64,000 nucleotides of DNA from an uncultured Gemmatimonadales bacterium (GCA_963779755.1 CAVZZO010000001.1:2080001-2144000); one strand, 5' to 3'. Counted from the first letter of the stretch, positions 29,548 through 40,163 are shown. Made by a program: numbers and translations. Notes: generated from the letters alone by a model not told the origin.

Positions 29548-30585
29548 ATGAAGTTTCCCAGCTTGAAATTGAGTTCGCTCATCCCCGCGAACGAGATCGC
29601 GGTAGATCTGGGCACGGCCAACACCCTGGTGTATGTGAAGGGTGAGGGGATCGTGCTCAACGAGCCCTCGGTGGTGGCCATCGAGAAGGCCACGGGGAAG
29701 CCGAAGGGGTACGGGCTGGACGCGAAGCGCATGCTGGGGCGCACACCGGACGGCATTCTGGCGGTGCGGCCGCTGAAGGACGGCGTGATCGCCGACTTCG
29801 ACGTCACCGAAAAGATGCTGCGCTACTTCCTGAAGACGATCATCGACAAGCACGTCTTCAAGGTGAAGCCGCGGGTCATCGTCTGCGTGCCCTCCGGCAT
29901 CACGGAAGTCGAGCGGCGGGCGGTACGCGATTCGGCCGAGACGGCGGGCGCCAAGCAGGTCCTGATGGTAGCGGAGCCGATGGCGGCCGCCATCGGCGTG
30001 GGGCTGCCGGTGGAGACGCCGACCGGCAACATGGTCATCGACATCGGCGGCGGCACCACGGAGATTGCGGTGATCGCGCTCTCCGGCATCGTGAGCGACA
30101 CCAGCATCCGGACCGGGGGCGACGAGCTGGACCAGGCTATCGTCCAGTTCATGCGGAAGAACTACAACCTGCTGGTGGGCGAGCCGACGGCCGAGTTGAT
30201 CAAGATCAAGATCGGCTCCGCCAGCCCGGTGGGCGAGGAGCGGGAGATGGAAGTGAAGGGCCGCGACCTGGTCTCCGGGATCCCCAAGACGGTGCGGGTC
30301 CACTCCAGCGAAATCCGCGAGGCGCTGCAGGAGCCGATTCAGCAGATCGTGGACGCGGTGCGGCGGGCCCTGGAAATCACGCCGCCCGAACTGGCCAGCG
30401 ACATCGTCGACCGGGGCATCATCATGACCGGCGGCGGGGCCTTGATCCGCGGGCTGGACGTGCTGCTCTCCCAGGAGACGGGCCTGCCCATTCACGTGGA
30501 CGAAGATCCGCTCACCTGCGTCGTCCGCGGCGCCGGCCGCATCCTGGACGACTTCGAGAAGTACCGCAGCGTCCTTACCACCTGA
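29548..30585 (+). CDS. mreB: rod shape-determining protein MreB
   Basis: [33 protein letters not shown]. Confidence 0.98.
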   Translation: MKFPSLKLSSLIPANEIAVDLGTANTLVYVKGEGIVLNEPSVVAIEKATGKPKGYGLDAKRMLGRTPDGILAVRPLKDGVIADFDVTEKMLRYFLKTIIDKHVFKVKPRVIVCVPSGITEVERRAVRDSAETAGAKQVLMVAEPMAAAIGVGLPVETPTGNMVIDIGGGTTEIAVIALSGIVSDTSIRTGGDELDQAIVQFMRKNYNLLVGEPTAELIKIKIGSASPVGEEREMEVKGRDLVSGIPKTVRVHSSEIREALQEPIQQIVDAVRRALEITPPELASDIVDRGIIMTGGGALIRGLDVLLSQETGLPIHVDEDPLTCVVRGAGRILDDFEKYRSVLTT

Positions 30586-30588
30586 TCC

Positions 30589-31431
30589 ATGGTGCTGGTT
30601 CCGGATCGCTCTACCTATCGCCGGGACACCCTCAGTTTCGTGCTGTGCATCGTACTGTCGGTGGTGGCGCTCTTTGTCCCGCAGTCGTGGGGCGACGCCG
30701 TCTCCACCGGCATCCGCCGCACCGCGCTGCAACCCTTCCTCTGGATGCAGCGGGCGGGCGAGGAAGGCCGGACCAGCCGGTCGCGCTTCCGCGCGGTCGA
30801 GTCGGAGCGCGACAGCGCGGCGCTGATGGCGCGCAGTGTGCCCGGCCTGGCGGCGGAGAACCGCGAACTACGCCGCCTGCTGGGGTTGAGCGACCGGCTG
30901 GGCCCCGCTCATATCGCCGCCGAAGTGCTGCACCAGCCGCTGCCCACCGACGGCCGGACCCTGCTGCTGGGGGTCGGCCGCAATGGGGGGGTGAAGCCCT
31001 TCTCGCCGGTGCTGGCGCCCCAGGGGCTGGTGGGGGTGGTGCGGCAGGTGGGACCCAATTACTCGGTCGCGATGACCTGGGCCGATCCCGATTTCCGGGT
31101 GAGCGCCCTGACGCTGGACGGCAGCATCTCCGGCATCGTCGCCGCGGCCCCCGCCTCCACCCCGGCCGAATCCATGCTGGAGCTGCAGGGCGTGCCCTAT
31201 CGCGATTCGCTTGCCGCGGGCACGCTGGTGGTCTCCTCCGGGCTGGGCGGGGTGTACCCGCACGGGATTCCCATCGGGACGGTCATCGGCGTGCTGCGGG
31301 AGGAGCGGGGCTGGGAGCGCACCTACCTGCTGCGCCCGGCCGCCAACCCGTCGGCGGTCAGCCACGTCATCATCCTGGTCTCGTCGCCCACCGCGGTGGA
31401 CCAGGCCTACCCGGCGGATTCGTTACCGTGA
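30589..31431 (+). CDS. mreC: rod shape-determining protein MreC
   Basis: N-terminal TM, AENRELRRLL, SGLGGVYP.GIPIG; synteny. Confidence 0.93.
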   Translation: MVLVPDRSTYRRDTLSFVLCIVLSVVALFVPQSWGDAVSTGIRRTALQPFLWMQRAGEEGRTSRSRFRAVESERDSAALMARSVPGLAAENRELRRLLGLSDRLGPAHIAAEVLHQPLPTDGRTLLLGVGRNGGVKPFSPVLAPQGLVGVVRQVGPNYSVAMTWADPDFRVSALTLDGSISGIVAAAPASTPAESMLELQGVPYRDSLAAGTLVVSSGLGGVYPHGIPIGTVIGVLREERGWERTYLLRPAANPSAVSHVIILVSSPTAVDQAYPADSLP

Positions 31432-31925
31432 GCGGCATGCGCTCGGGCCGGGTCCGGCTGGCGGTGGTCATCGCCATCCTGCTGGCGCTGCACTTCTATG
31501 TGCGGCCCCGGATGCTGGAGGGCCGGCTGGCGCCCGATTTCCTGCTCATTGCGCTCCTGGTGTATGCCATCCGCAGCCGTCCCGGCGATGCGGCCATCGC
31601 GGGCTTCATCGTGGGGCTGCTGGGTGACGCCCTGGTGCCGGCCCGGTTCGGGGCGGGAGCCCTGGCGAACACGGTGGTGGGCTATCTCACCGCCTGGGGG
31701 CGCGAGGTGTTCTTTGCCGATAATCTGATCGTGAGCGCCGGCGTGTTCGCGGGCGGGCTGTGGCTGCGCGATCTCATCGTGCTGCTGGCCAGCGGCACCA
31801 GCGGGGCCGCGCTGCTCAACCAGCTGAGCGTCTGGTCGCCCCTCCGCGCGCTCACCACGGCCGCCGCGGGCACCCTGGTCCTGTTCCTGTTCCGGGAGTG
31901 GCTCGAGATCCGGTTCGAAGAATGA
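31428..31925 (+). CDS. mreD: rod shape-determining protein MreD
   Basis: Hydrophobic, PDFLLI, GFIVGLLGD; GTGA overlap with mreC. Confidence 0.9.
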   Translation: MSGMRSGRVRLAVVIAILLALHFYVRPRMLEGRLAPDFLLIALLVYAIRSRPGDAAIAGFIVGLLGDALVPARFGAGALANTVVGYLTAWGREVFFADNLIVSAGVFAGGLWLRDLIVLLASGTSGAALLNQLSVWSPLRALTTAAAGTLVLFLFREWLEIRFEE

Positions 31926-33799
31926 GCGGCTTTCATCCTGTCCGCCTGCGGCAGCGGGCGGCCGGCGCCCGCTGGATCCTCGCCGCGCTGTTTACCATCC
32001 TGGCCCTGGCGTTCTTCCGGGCCCAGATCGTTCAGCACGAGCGCTATCAGTTGCGGGCGGAAGGCAACCGCCTGCGCCCGGTGCCGCTCACCCCGCCGCG
32101 GGGCGCCATCCTCGACCGGCACGGGAACGTCATCGCCGAGAACGTGCCGGGATATTCGGTCAAGCTGCTGGCCTCCTCGGAGGACTCGCTCCGCGCCGTG
32201 CTGGCGCGGATGCAGGCCTACGTGCCGCTCGATTCCAGCGCCGTCCAGGACGTCGTGACCCGGTACCGCGCCTCCCGCTACCAGCCCGCCGTGGTGCTGG
32301 GCGATGCCGATTTTCCGACCGTGGCGCGGCTGGAGGAGCACCGGATCCGGCTGCCCGGCCTGGTGATCCAGGCCGAGCCCAAACGGCTCTACCCGGCGGG
32401 CAAGGCCGTGGCCCACCTGGTGGGCTACGTGGGCGAAGTCACCGATCCGGATCTTCAGACCGGACGCTATCCCGGGGCCCGGCTGGGCACGCTGGTCGGG
32501 AAGGCGGGCCTCGAGCTGGAATACGACTCGCTGCTGCGCGGGACGCCGGGCGTGCGCTACGTCGAGGTGGATGTCCGGGGACGCATGGTGCGGGAGGAAG
32601 GCGCGGCGCCCACCCTGCTGCCGGTCGCCGGCGCGCCGATCAAGACCACGGTGGATCTCCCGCTGCAGGAATTCATCGACAGCCTCTGGCCACCAGGGGT
32701 GCGGGGCGCGGCGGTTGCCATGACGCCCGACGGGCAGATCCTCGCGCTCTATTCCGCGCCCACCTACGACCCGAACGAGTTTATCGGAGGCATCTCCAGC
32801 GCGCTCTGGCGGCGGCTGAACTCCGATTCCGCCAACCCGCTGCTGAACCGCGCCATCCAGGCGCGCTATGCGCCCGCCTCGCCCTTCAAGCTCGCGATGG
32901 CGATCATCGGTATGCGGCGCGGGCTCGTCAACATCCACTCGCACATGGATATCCCGTGTAGGGGCGGCCTGCAGTATGGCAACCGGTACTTCCGCTGCTG
33001 GAAACCGGAAGGGCATGGCTCGCTTGACCTGCTGGGCGCCATCGCGCAGAGCTGTGATGTGTACTTCTATCAACTGGGGCTCAAGCTCGGTCTCAATGCC
33101 ATTCTGGAGGAAGGGGTCCGGCTGGGGTTCCGCGAACGCACCGGCGTGGACCTGCAGTACGAACAGACGCCCATCTTCCCCGCCTCCCGCGCGTACTACG
33201 ACCGGCGCTACGGTCCCCGCGGCTGGGTCGAGGGCAGCACCGCGCTCAATCTGTCCATCGGCCAGGGCGAAAACGATCAGACCCCGATCGGGATGACCAC
33301 CTTCTATGAGGGGCTGGCGAACGGCGGGATCGAACATGTGCCCTATCTGGTGCGGCCCACCAGCCCCGAAGTGCGCGATTTCCACCTGACGCCGAAGGAA
33401 GCCGAGGACCTCCGGATGGCGCTGGCGACGGTGGTCACCCGGGGCACCGCGGCCGCCAGCCAGTCGGCCCGGTTCACCTTTGCGGGGAAGACCGGCACGG
33501 CCCAGAATCCGTTCGGCAAGGATCACGGCTGGTTTATCGGGTTTGCGCCGGCGGAAAACCCCAGGATCGTGATCGGCATGGTCATGGAGTTCGCCGAGCA
33601 CGGCACGGTCGTCGCCCCCTATGTGGCGCGGGTGGCGGGGCGGTACCTGCTGGGCCCGGATGAGCCTGTCCTGAAGCAGCTGAAGGTGGCGGCGCCCCAG
33701 GATTCGGCGCCCCGGGCCGTGGAGATCAGGCCGCAGCCCGCGGCGCCGGCCCGGCCGGATAGCGGCGGTGTCCGCCGCCCCGGACCGGTCCTGCCATGA
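31922..33799 (+). CDS. mrdA: penicillin-binding protein 2
   Basis: PRGAILDR, SPFK (SxxK), SCD, KTGTAQ. Confidence 0.95.
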   Translation: MSGFHPVRLRQRAAGARWILAALFTILALAFFRAQIVQHERYQLRAEGNRLRPVPLTPPRGAILDRHGNVIAENVPGYSVKLLASSEDSLRAVLARMQAYVPLDSSAVQDVVTRYRASRYQPAVVLGDADFPTVARLEEHRIRLPGLVIQAEPKRLYPAGKAVAHLVGYVGEVTDPDLQTGRYPGARLGTLVGKAGLELEYDSLLRGTPGVRYVEVDVRGRMVREEGAAPTLLPVAGAPIKTTVDLPLQEFIDSLWPPGVRGAAVAMTPDGQILALYSAPTYDPNEFIGGISSALWRRLNSDSANPLLNRAIQARYAPASPFKLAMAIIGMRRGLVNIHSHMDIPCRGGLQYGNRYFRCWKPEGHGSLDLLGAIAQSCDVYFYQLGLKLGLNAILEEGVRLGFRERTGVDLQYEQTPIFPASRAYYDRRYGPRGWVEGSTALNLSIGQGENDQTPIGMTTFYEGLANGGIEHVPYLVRPTSPEVRDFHLTPKEAEDLRMALATVVTRGTAAASQSARFTFAGKTGTAQNPFGKDHGWFIGFAPAENPRIVIGMVMEFAEHGTVVAPYVARVAGRYLLGPDEPVLKQLKVAAPQDSAPRAVEIRPQPAAPARPDSGGVRRPGPVLP

Positions 33800-35037
33800 G
33801 GCGCCTGGGGCTGGACCGGCAGTTGCTGGCGGCGGTGATCATCCTGGTCGTCTTCGGCCTGCTGAACCTGTATTCCGCGGGGCAGACCGACATTCCCACT
33901 GCCGCCCACAACGTGTGGCAGCGCCAGCTGGTCTGGCTCGGGCTGGGCGTCATCTTCGGCTGGCTCGCCTTCCGGGTGAGCCCCAGGCTGCTGGAGTGGG
34001 CGGCCCCCTGGCTCTACGGCATCGCTCTGATTCTGCTGCTCATCACCCTGGCGGTGGGCACCGGCGCGGGCACCGCCGCCGGCACCAGGAGCTGGCTGGC
34101 GATCGGCGGGCATCAGATCGGCCAGCCGGCCGAAGTCGCCAAACTGGCTGTGGTCCTGATGCTGGCCCGCTATCTCTCGGGCCGCCGTGAGGCGCCGCGG
34201 AATCTGCGCGATCTGGTCATGCCCTGTCTCATTGCCGGCGTGCCCTTCCTGCTGGTGCTGAAACAGCCGGACCTGGGCAGCGCCCTGGTCTTCATCGGGA
34301 TTCTCTTCGCCATGCTGTTCTGGGCCGGGGTGCGGCCCGCACTCCTGGTCCTGCTGGCCTCCCCCGCCGTGAGTCTCCTGCTGGCGTTCAATACCTGGAC
34401 CTGGATCGGGTGGATGCTGCTGCTGGTGGTGCTGCTGCTGGTCTGGCGGCCTTTCGCGTACGAGGCGGTGGTGGTGGGGGTTGTCAATGCCATGATGGGG
34501 TTCATCGCAATGCCCCTCTGGCGCGGCCTCGCGCCCTACCAGCAGAACCGGCTGCTCACCTTTCTCAATCCCGAGATCGACCCCCGGGATGCCGGCTACC
34601 ACGCCATCCAGTCCAAGGTGGCCATCGGCTCGGGCGGCCTGTTCGGCAATGGCTGGCTCGAGGGGCCGCAGAAGCGGCTGGCCTTTCTGCCCGCCCAGCA
34701 CACCGACTTCGTGTTCTCCGTCTGGGGGGAGGAACTGGGGTTCCTGGGGGTGATGGCGGCCCTCATCGCCTTCTTTCTGCTGTTCTGGGCCATGGTGCGG
34801 ATCGCCCGCCGGGCCACCGATCCCTTCAGCAGCCTGGTCGTCTTTGGTATCCTGGGCCTCCTCTTCACCCACGTCTGGGAAAACGTGGGAATGACGGTCA
34901 ATATCATGCCGATTACCGGTATTCCCCTCCCGTTCTTCTCCTACGGCGGGTCCTTCCTCCTGGCCACCTCCCTGGGGCTGGGCATGGTTCTGCGGGTGGC
35001 CTGGGACGCGAGGCTATCCGGCTATGCCGATATCTGA
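33796..35037 (+). CDS. rodA: rod shape-determining protein RodA
   Basis: QPDLG, QSKVAIGSGG, HTDF, GIPLPFFSYGGS. Confidence 0.96.
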   Translation: MRRLGLDRQLLAAVIILVVFGLLNLYSAGQTDIPTAAHNVWQRQLVWLGLGVIFGWLAFRVSPRLLEWAAPWLYGIALILLLITLAVGTGAGTAAGTRSWLAIGGHQIGQPAEVAKLAVVLMLARYLSGRREAPRNLRDLVMPCLIAGVPFLLVLKQPDLGSALVFIGILFAMLFWAGVRPALLVLLASPAVSLLLAFNTWTWIGWMLLLVVLLLVWRPFAYEAVVVGVVNAMMGFIAMPLWRGLAPYQQNRLLTFLNPEIDPRDAGYHAIQSKVAIGSGGLFGNGWLEGPQKRLAFLPAQHTDFVFSVWGEELGFLGVMAALIAFFLLFWAMVRIARRATDPFSSLVVFGILGLLFTHVWENVGMTVNIMPITGIPLPFFSYGGSFLLATSLGLGMVLRVAWDARLSGYADI

Positions 35038-35118
35038 CAACGAGTTAGCTGTCAAGGTCTAGCGTTGCCCCCCGGTCCTCCCCAGATTAGGAGGCCCATT
35101 GATCTCGATCGATAGCCT

Positions 35119-35985
35119 ATGGCCGTTATGGCATGGTTCAAGAAGGAGCGCAAACCTCGGACGTCGCGGCGCGAGCGGCTGGAGATCCCGGCCGACGCCT
35201 GGGAGAAGTGCGACCAGTGCGGCCACGTGGACATCCGGGAGCGCTTCGAGAAGGCGCTCAATGTCTGCCCGGAATGCGGGCATCACCGGCGCTTCAGCGC
35301 CGAGGAATACATCGAGCTGCTGACCGATGCCGGAACCTGGCGCGAGCTCTACGGCAATCTCCGCTCCGAAGACCCGCTGCAGTTCGAGGGGTATGCCGAG
35401 CGTAGCGCCGCCGCCTACCAGAAGGCTGGCCACGCCGATGCCATCTTTACCGGCTCCGCCCGCATCGAAGGATTGAGCTACCATCTGGGCGTCATGAACT
35501 TTGCCTTCATGGGCGGGTCGATGGGGTCGGTCGTGGGCGAGAAGATCGCCCGGCTGGCGCGCCGCAGCGCGGAAAAGCGGCTGCCCCTGGCCCTGGTCTG
35601 TACCTCCGGCGGGGCCCGCATGCAGGAGGGCGTGCTCTCCCTGATGCAGATGGCCAAGACCAGCGCCATGATCGCCCAGCTGCACCGCCTCTCCGTCCCC
35701 TACGTGTCCATCCTGACCAATCCCACCACCGGCGGCGTCTCCGCCAGCTTCGCCATGCAGGGCGACGCCATCGTGGCCGAGCCGGGGGCGGTGATCGGGT
35801 TCGCCGGCCAGCGGGTCATCAAGCAGACCATCGGGCAGGACCTGCCCGAAGGGTTCCAGACCGCCGAATTCCTGCTGGACCACGGTCAGATCGACGACGT
35901 GGTACCCCGGGCCTCGCTGCGCGAGACGCTGGCCCGGCTGTTCCGGCATATGCAGGGCGAGCGGCCGTTGGAACTGGAAGCCTGA
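35119..35985 (+). CDS. accD: acetyl-CoA carboxylase carboxyltransferase beta subunit
   Basis: CxxC..CxxC zinc finger, FMGGSMG.VVGEK, SGGARMQEG. Confidence 0.96.
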   Translation: MAVMAWFKKERKPRTSRRERLEIPADAWEKCDQCGHVDIRERFEKALNVCPECGHHRRFSAEEYIELLTDAGTWRELYGNLRSEDPLQFEGYAERSAAAYQKAGHADAIFTGSARIEGLSYHLGVMNFAFMGGSMGSVVGEKIARLARRSAEKRLPLALVCTSGGARMQEGVLSLMQMAKTSAMIAQLHRLSVPYVSILTNPTTGGVSASFAMQGDAIVAEPGAVIGFAGQRVIKQTIGQDLPEGFQTAEFLLDHGQIDDVVPRASLRETLARLFRHMQGERPLELEA

Positions 35986-35990
35986 ACAGC

Positions 35991-36130
35991 AGGGACCAGG
36001 GACAGGGCGGGGAGCGGGAGAAGGGAATCGGGAATGGGAAGGCGTGAGGCGTGAGAGGCGACGTCTCACGCCTTACGTCTTACGGGGCGATTCCCCTTTC
36101 CCTTTTCCCGGTTCCCGTTTCCCTTTCCCG
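35991..36130. repeat. nested inverted tandem-repeat element (three repeat families)
   Basis: AGGGACC/A units, then GGGAA arm, inner GTGAGGC...CTCACGC/CTTACG hairpin, then TTCCC arm. Confidence 0.85.
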
Positions 36131-36132
36131 CC

Positions 36133-37356
36133 ATGCCACTCTCCTACGGCGAGGCGCTCGGCTTCCTGTTCCCCCGCACCACCACCATCAAGTTCGGCCT
36201 GGAGACGACCCGCGCCCTGCTGGAGTCGCTGGGCAACCCGCAGGCGATCTATCCTACGGTGCATATCGGCGGGACCAACGGGAAGGGAAGTGTCGCGGCG
36301 CTGGTGGCGTCCGCGCTGGAGGAGGCGGGCTGGCGCGTGGGCCTCTATACCTCGCCGCACCTGGTGAGCTTCCGCGAGCGTATCACCGTCAACGGCGTGC
36401 CCGTCAGCGAGGACGCCGTGGCCTGCTGGACCGACCGGCTGCTGCCCCTCCTGCACCGGCATCAGGCGACGTTCTTCGAGGCCAGCACGGCCCTCGCCTT
36501 CGCCGATTTCGCCGCCCGCGGGGCGGAGATCGCCGTCATCGAGGTGGGGCTGGGGGGGCGGCTCGACAGCACTAATGTGATCACCCCGCTGGCGTCGGGG
36601 GTGACCCACATTGCCTGGGATCACATGAAATACCTGGGCAACACGCTGGAGGCGATCGCCCGGGAGAAGGCGGGGATCGCGAAGCCGGGCGTCCCGTTCA
36701 TCATCGGCGAGCGCGATCCGGCGCTGGCCGCCGTGATCCGCCACGAGGCCGGTCGGCTGGAGGCGCACGCGCACATCCATCAGGTCCCGCCGGAGCGCCG
36801 CTGGGAGGGGCCGCTGGGGCTGGTAGGGCCGCACCAGCGCCGCAACGCCGCGGTGGCCGAGGCGTTGCTGCAGGCCCTGCCGCCGCCGTGGCGACCGGCG
36901 GCCGACGAGATCCGACGCGGGTTCGGCCGGACCCGGGTAGCCGGCCGGTTCGATCGCCGGGGCAAGTGGCTCTTCGATGTGGCGCACAACGCCGACGGCA
37001 TGGGGGCCTTGTTGCGGGCGCTGGAGACGGAGCCCCCCCGGCGTCCGCTGCATGCGCTGGTTTCCATTCTGGGAGACAAGCCCTGGGCCGAAATGCTGGT
37101 GCTGCTGGACACGGTGATCGATCGCGGGATTCTGACGTTCGCGCCGACCGCGGCGGATCGCGGCTGGGACGCGGACTGGCTGCAGGACTGGTTGCACCGG
37201 GCCGACCGGCCGCCGGCCCGTGCCCAGTGGTCGCTGGTGGCCGGCTTCGAGCAGGCAATCGCCCAGGTGCAGGAGGGCGCGGGAACCGTGCTGGTGACCG
37301 GGAGCTTTCACACCGTGGGGGACGTGATGGATGTGCTTGGGCTGGGGGCGTTGTGA
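36133..37356 (+). CDS. folC: folylpolyglutamate/dihydrofolate synthase
   Basis: HIGGTNGKGS, YTSPHL..FRERI, EVGLGGRLDSTN, DVAHN. Confidence 0.96.
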   Translation: MPLSYGEALGFLFPRTTTIKFGLETTRALLESLGNPQAIYPTVHIGGTNGKGSVAALVASALEEAGWRVGLYTSPHLVSFRERITVNGVPVSEDAVACWTDRLLPLLHRHQATFFEASTALAFADFAARGAEIAVIEVGLGGRLDSTNVITPLASGVTHIAWDHMKYLGNTLEAIAREKAGIAKPGVPFIIGERDPALAAVIRHEAGRLEAHAHIHQVPPERRWEGPLGLVGPHQRRNAAVAEALLQALPPPWRPAADEIRRGFGRTRVAGRFDRRGKWLFDVAHNADGMGALLRALETEPPRRPLHALVSILGDKPWAEMLVLLDTVIDRGILTFAPTAADRGWDADWLQDWLHRADRPPARAQWSLVAGFEQAIAQVQEGAGTVLVTGSFHTVGDVMDVLGLGAL

Positions 37357-38768
37357 TGACGGCGAGACGGCAGGACGGCAGGACGGCAAGGCGGCAAGGC
37401 GGCACGTCGGCAAGACGGCAGGGCGGCCGGGTGTGCCTGGTGGGGGCCGCGCTCCTGGCGGTTGCCTGGGGTTGCGCGAAGCCCGCAGCTGCGCCGGGGC
37501 CGGCGGTGCCAATCGTCACCGAGCTTCCGGTCACGGAGTTCGGGTACCACAACGAGACCTCGGTCGCGGTGGATCCCGGGGCGCCGGGGCGCGTGGCCGT
37601 CGCCTACCAGGTACCGGCCAGCGTGTCCTGGTCGGCCGACAGCGGCCGGACCTGGGCCGGCGGGTCGCTTCCCGGCGTGGGGGCATTCCAGCTCTCGGGC
37701 GATCCCTCGGTCTTCTATGACGACCGGGGGCATCTGTATGCCCTCTATATCGCCTTCGACCGGCCGGACGACTACGACACCCTGGGACGCTCGGCGCACC
37801 GGAACGGAATCTTCCTGAACCGCTCCGACGACGGAGGGCAGACCTGGAACGCCCAGGCGTCGCCGGTGATCTTCCAGCCGGAGAAGCCGGGTATTCCGTT
37901 CGAAGACAAACCGATGGGCACCGCGGATGACGCGGTCCGCTCGCCCTGGCGGGGCAACGTCTATGTCGCGTGGACCGAGTTCCGCCGGCACGAGACCGTC
38001 ATCCTCTTCAGCCGCTCTACCGACGGCGGCCGGAGCTTCCAGCCGCCGATGGTCATCAGCGATCACCCGGGCAGCCCGAAGGACAGCGTGGGCGCCGCGG
38101 AGGGAACGGATGTGGCGGTGGCCGCCGACGGCACGGTGTTCGTGGTCTGGAGCGATTCCACCGGCATCCTGCTCGACCGCTCCACCGACGGAGGCGTCAC
38201 CTTCGGGGCCGACCAGCTGGTGGCGCCGACCGGCGACATCGTCTTCAACGTGGCGGGGGTGGCGCGGGTGAACGGCTATCCCAGCCTGGAGATCGACCGC
38301 TCCAGCGGGCGGATGTACATCATCTGGGTGGAGCCGCGGGGCGAGCGGACCGGTATTCTGCTGGCGCGTTCGGCCGACGGGGGCGACCGCTGGTCCCCGC
38401 CGCACGAGATCCCGGCCGCGGTGCCGCCGGCCCCCGGCAGCCGGTTCTTCGCCTGGCTGGGGCTCGACCAGAAGACCGGCGCCCTGGTGCTGGGCTATTA
38501 CGAAGCCACTGCTGGCGGGCGGCTGAGCTACAACCTGGGCTGGTCGCGGGATAGCGGTGCCAGCTTCGGCGCGTGGCCCTGGAGCCGGGAGGCGTTCCGG
38601 CCCGGCGGCGAGTTCCTGGGCGACTACACCGGGGTCGCGGCCGCGGGTGGCGTGGCCTACGCGGCCTGGACTGTGACGGCCCCGGGGGACAGTCTGAGCG
38701 CCGGGCTGCACTCGCGGGCACACCACACCCGGGTGACGGTCGGCCGGGCGATGCTGGGGGCGCCCTAG
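37356..38768 (+). CDS. BNR/Asp-box (sialidase-fold) lipoprotein
   Basis: Lipobox-like AWGC and repeated SxDGG.T/SW/F Asp-boxes; start uncertain. Confidence 0.8.
   Translation: MTARRQDGRTARRQGGTSARRQGGRVCLVGAALLAVAWGCAKPAAAPGPAVPIVTELPVTEFGYHNETSVAVDPGAPGRVAVAYQVPASVSWSADSGRTWAGGSLPGVGAFQLSGDPSVFYDDRGHLYALYIAFDRPDDYDTLGRSAHRNGIFLNRSDDGGQTWNAQASPVIFQPEKPGIPFEDKPMGTADDAVRSPWRGNVYVAWTEFRRHETVILFSRSTDGGRSFQPPMVISDHPGSPKDSVGAAEGTDVAVAADGTVFVVWSDSTGILLDRSTDGGVTFGADQLVAPTGDIVFNVAGVARVNGYPSLEIDRSSGRMYIIWVEPRGERTGILLARSADGGDRWSPPHEIPAAVPPAPGSRFFAWLGLDQKTGALVLGYYEATAGGRLSYNLGWSRDSGASFGAWPWSREAFRPGGEFLGDYTGVAAAGGVAYAAWTVTAPGDSLSAGLHSRAHHTRVTVGRAMLGAP
37359..37425 (+). repeat. tandem 8-mer array (ACGGCAGG consensus, ~8 copies)
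   Basis: ACGGCGAG ACGGCAGG ACGGCAGG ACGGCAAG GCGGCAAG GCGGCACG TCGGCAAG ACGGCAGG. Confidence 0.85.
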
Positions 38769-38825
38769 CTGCCGGTGGGCTGCGGCGTCCTCCCGTCTGC
38801 CCTCCGCACCGTCTATCTTCCGCCC

Positions 38826-40163
38826 ATGCAAATCCAGGCCCTGCCGGGCTTTCGCGATTTCTACCCCGAGGACCTCGCTCTCCGCGCCTACATCTTCGAT
38901 ACCTGGCGGTCGGTCGCCACGCGGTACGGGTTCGAGGAGTACGACGGGCCGCCCCTGGAGCCGCTCGAGTTGTACACGGCCAAGAGCGGGGCGGAAATCG
39001 TCGCCCAGCTCTACGCCTTCACCGACAAGGGCGAGCGCGAAGTGGCGCTGCGGCCGGAAATGACCCCCACGCTGGCCCGGATGGTGGCGGCGCGGGCGGC
39101 CGGGATGAAGAAGCCCATCCGCTGGTTCTCGCTGCCCCAGCTCTTCCGCTACGAGCGGCAGCAGCGGGGCCGCCTGCGGGAGCACTTCCAGCTCAACTGC
39201 GACATCATCGGCGAGGCCAGCCCGCTGGCCGATGCGGAGATCATCGCGCTGGCGGTGGACATCATCCGGGGCTTCGGCCTGACGGCGAAGGACGTCCGGG
39301 TCCGGCTGTCGGACCGGCGGGTGTTGACGAACCTGCTGCATGCCAGCGGGGTGCCGGAGGGCAACCTGCCCGATGTCTTCGCCGGCATCGACCGGATGGA
39401 ACGGCTCAAGGAAGCCGACGTCCGAGCCATCATGGCAGGGCCTGCGCCCGGCAGCGAAGAGGCAGCCGACCGTCCGGGCGTGTTCCGGCTGGAGGATGGG
39501 CTGATCAGCGACGTGCTGTCGGTCATTCGCCTGCGAACCCTGGAAGAGATTGAAGCGCAGCTGGGGACGGCGGCGGCGGACCTCGCGCCCCTGAGGCAGG
39601 TCATGGCGGCCCTGCACGACATGGGGCTGGGCGAGTTCGTGGATCTCGACCTGACCATCGTCCGGGGCCTGGCCTACTACACCGGTACGGTCTTCGAGCT
39701 GTTCGATGCGGGCCGCACCCTGCGGGCCATCTGCGGCGGCGGCCGCTACGACCGGCTGGCCGGCGCCATCGGCGGCGTGGACCTGCCCGCCGTCGGCTTC
39801 GGGTTCGGCGACGTGGTGCTGGGCGAGCTCCTCAAGGACCGCGAGCTCCTTCCCGGGCGCGGCGCGGGGCTCGATGTGTTCATCGCCGGCGTCACCCCGG
39901 AGGACACCGGGCACGTCCTGGCCCTGGCGCATCAGCTCCGGGATGCAGGCTTCCGCGTCGAGTTTGCCCTGGGCGGCCAGGCGCTGGGCAAGCAGCTCAA
40001 GCTGGCCGACAGCCGGAACGCGTGGGCCGCCATCGTGATCGGCCCCGACGACCGGGCGAAGGGCGAGGTGGTGCTGCGGGACCTGCGGGCGAAGTCGCAA
40101 GGCGCCGTCCGCCGCGAGGAGATCACGACGGTACTGGGGCAACTGATAAGGAGTCAGGAGTGA
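38826..40163 (+). CDS. hisS: histidine--tRNA ligase
   Basis: GFRDFYP, LRPEMTPT, FRYERQQRGR.REHFQ, RGLAYYTG, GGGRYD. Confidence 0.97.
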   Translation: MQIQALPGFRDFYPEDLALRAYIFDTWRSVATRYGFEEYDGPPLEPLELYTAKSGAEIVAQLYAFTDKGEREVALRPEMTPTLARMVAARAAGMKKPIRWFSLPQLFRYERQQRGRLREHFQLNCDIIGEASPLADAEIIALAVDIIRGFGLTAKDVRVRLSDRRVLTNLLHASGVPEGNLPDVFAGIDRMERLKEADVRAIMAGPAPGSEEAADRPGVFRLEDGLISDVLSVIRLRTLEEIEAQLGTAAADLAPLRQVMAALHDMGLGEFVDLDLTIVRGLAYYTGTVFELFDAGRTLRAICGGGRYDRLAGAIGGVDLPAVGFGFGDVVLGELLKDRELLPGRGAGLDVFIAGVTPEDTGHVLALAHQLRDAGFRVEFALGGQALGKQLKLADSRNAWAAIVIGPDDRAKGEVVLRDLRAKSQGAVRREEITTVLGQLIRSQE

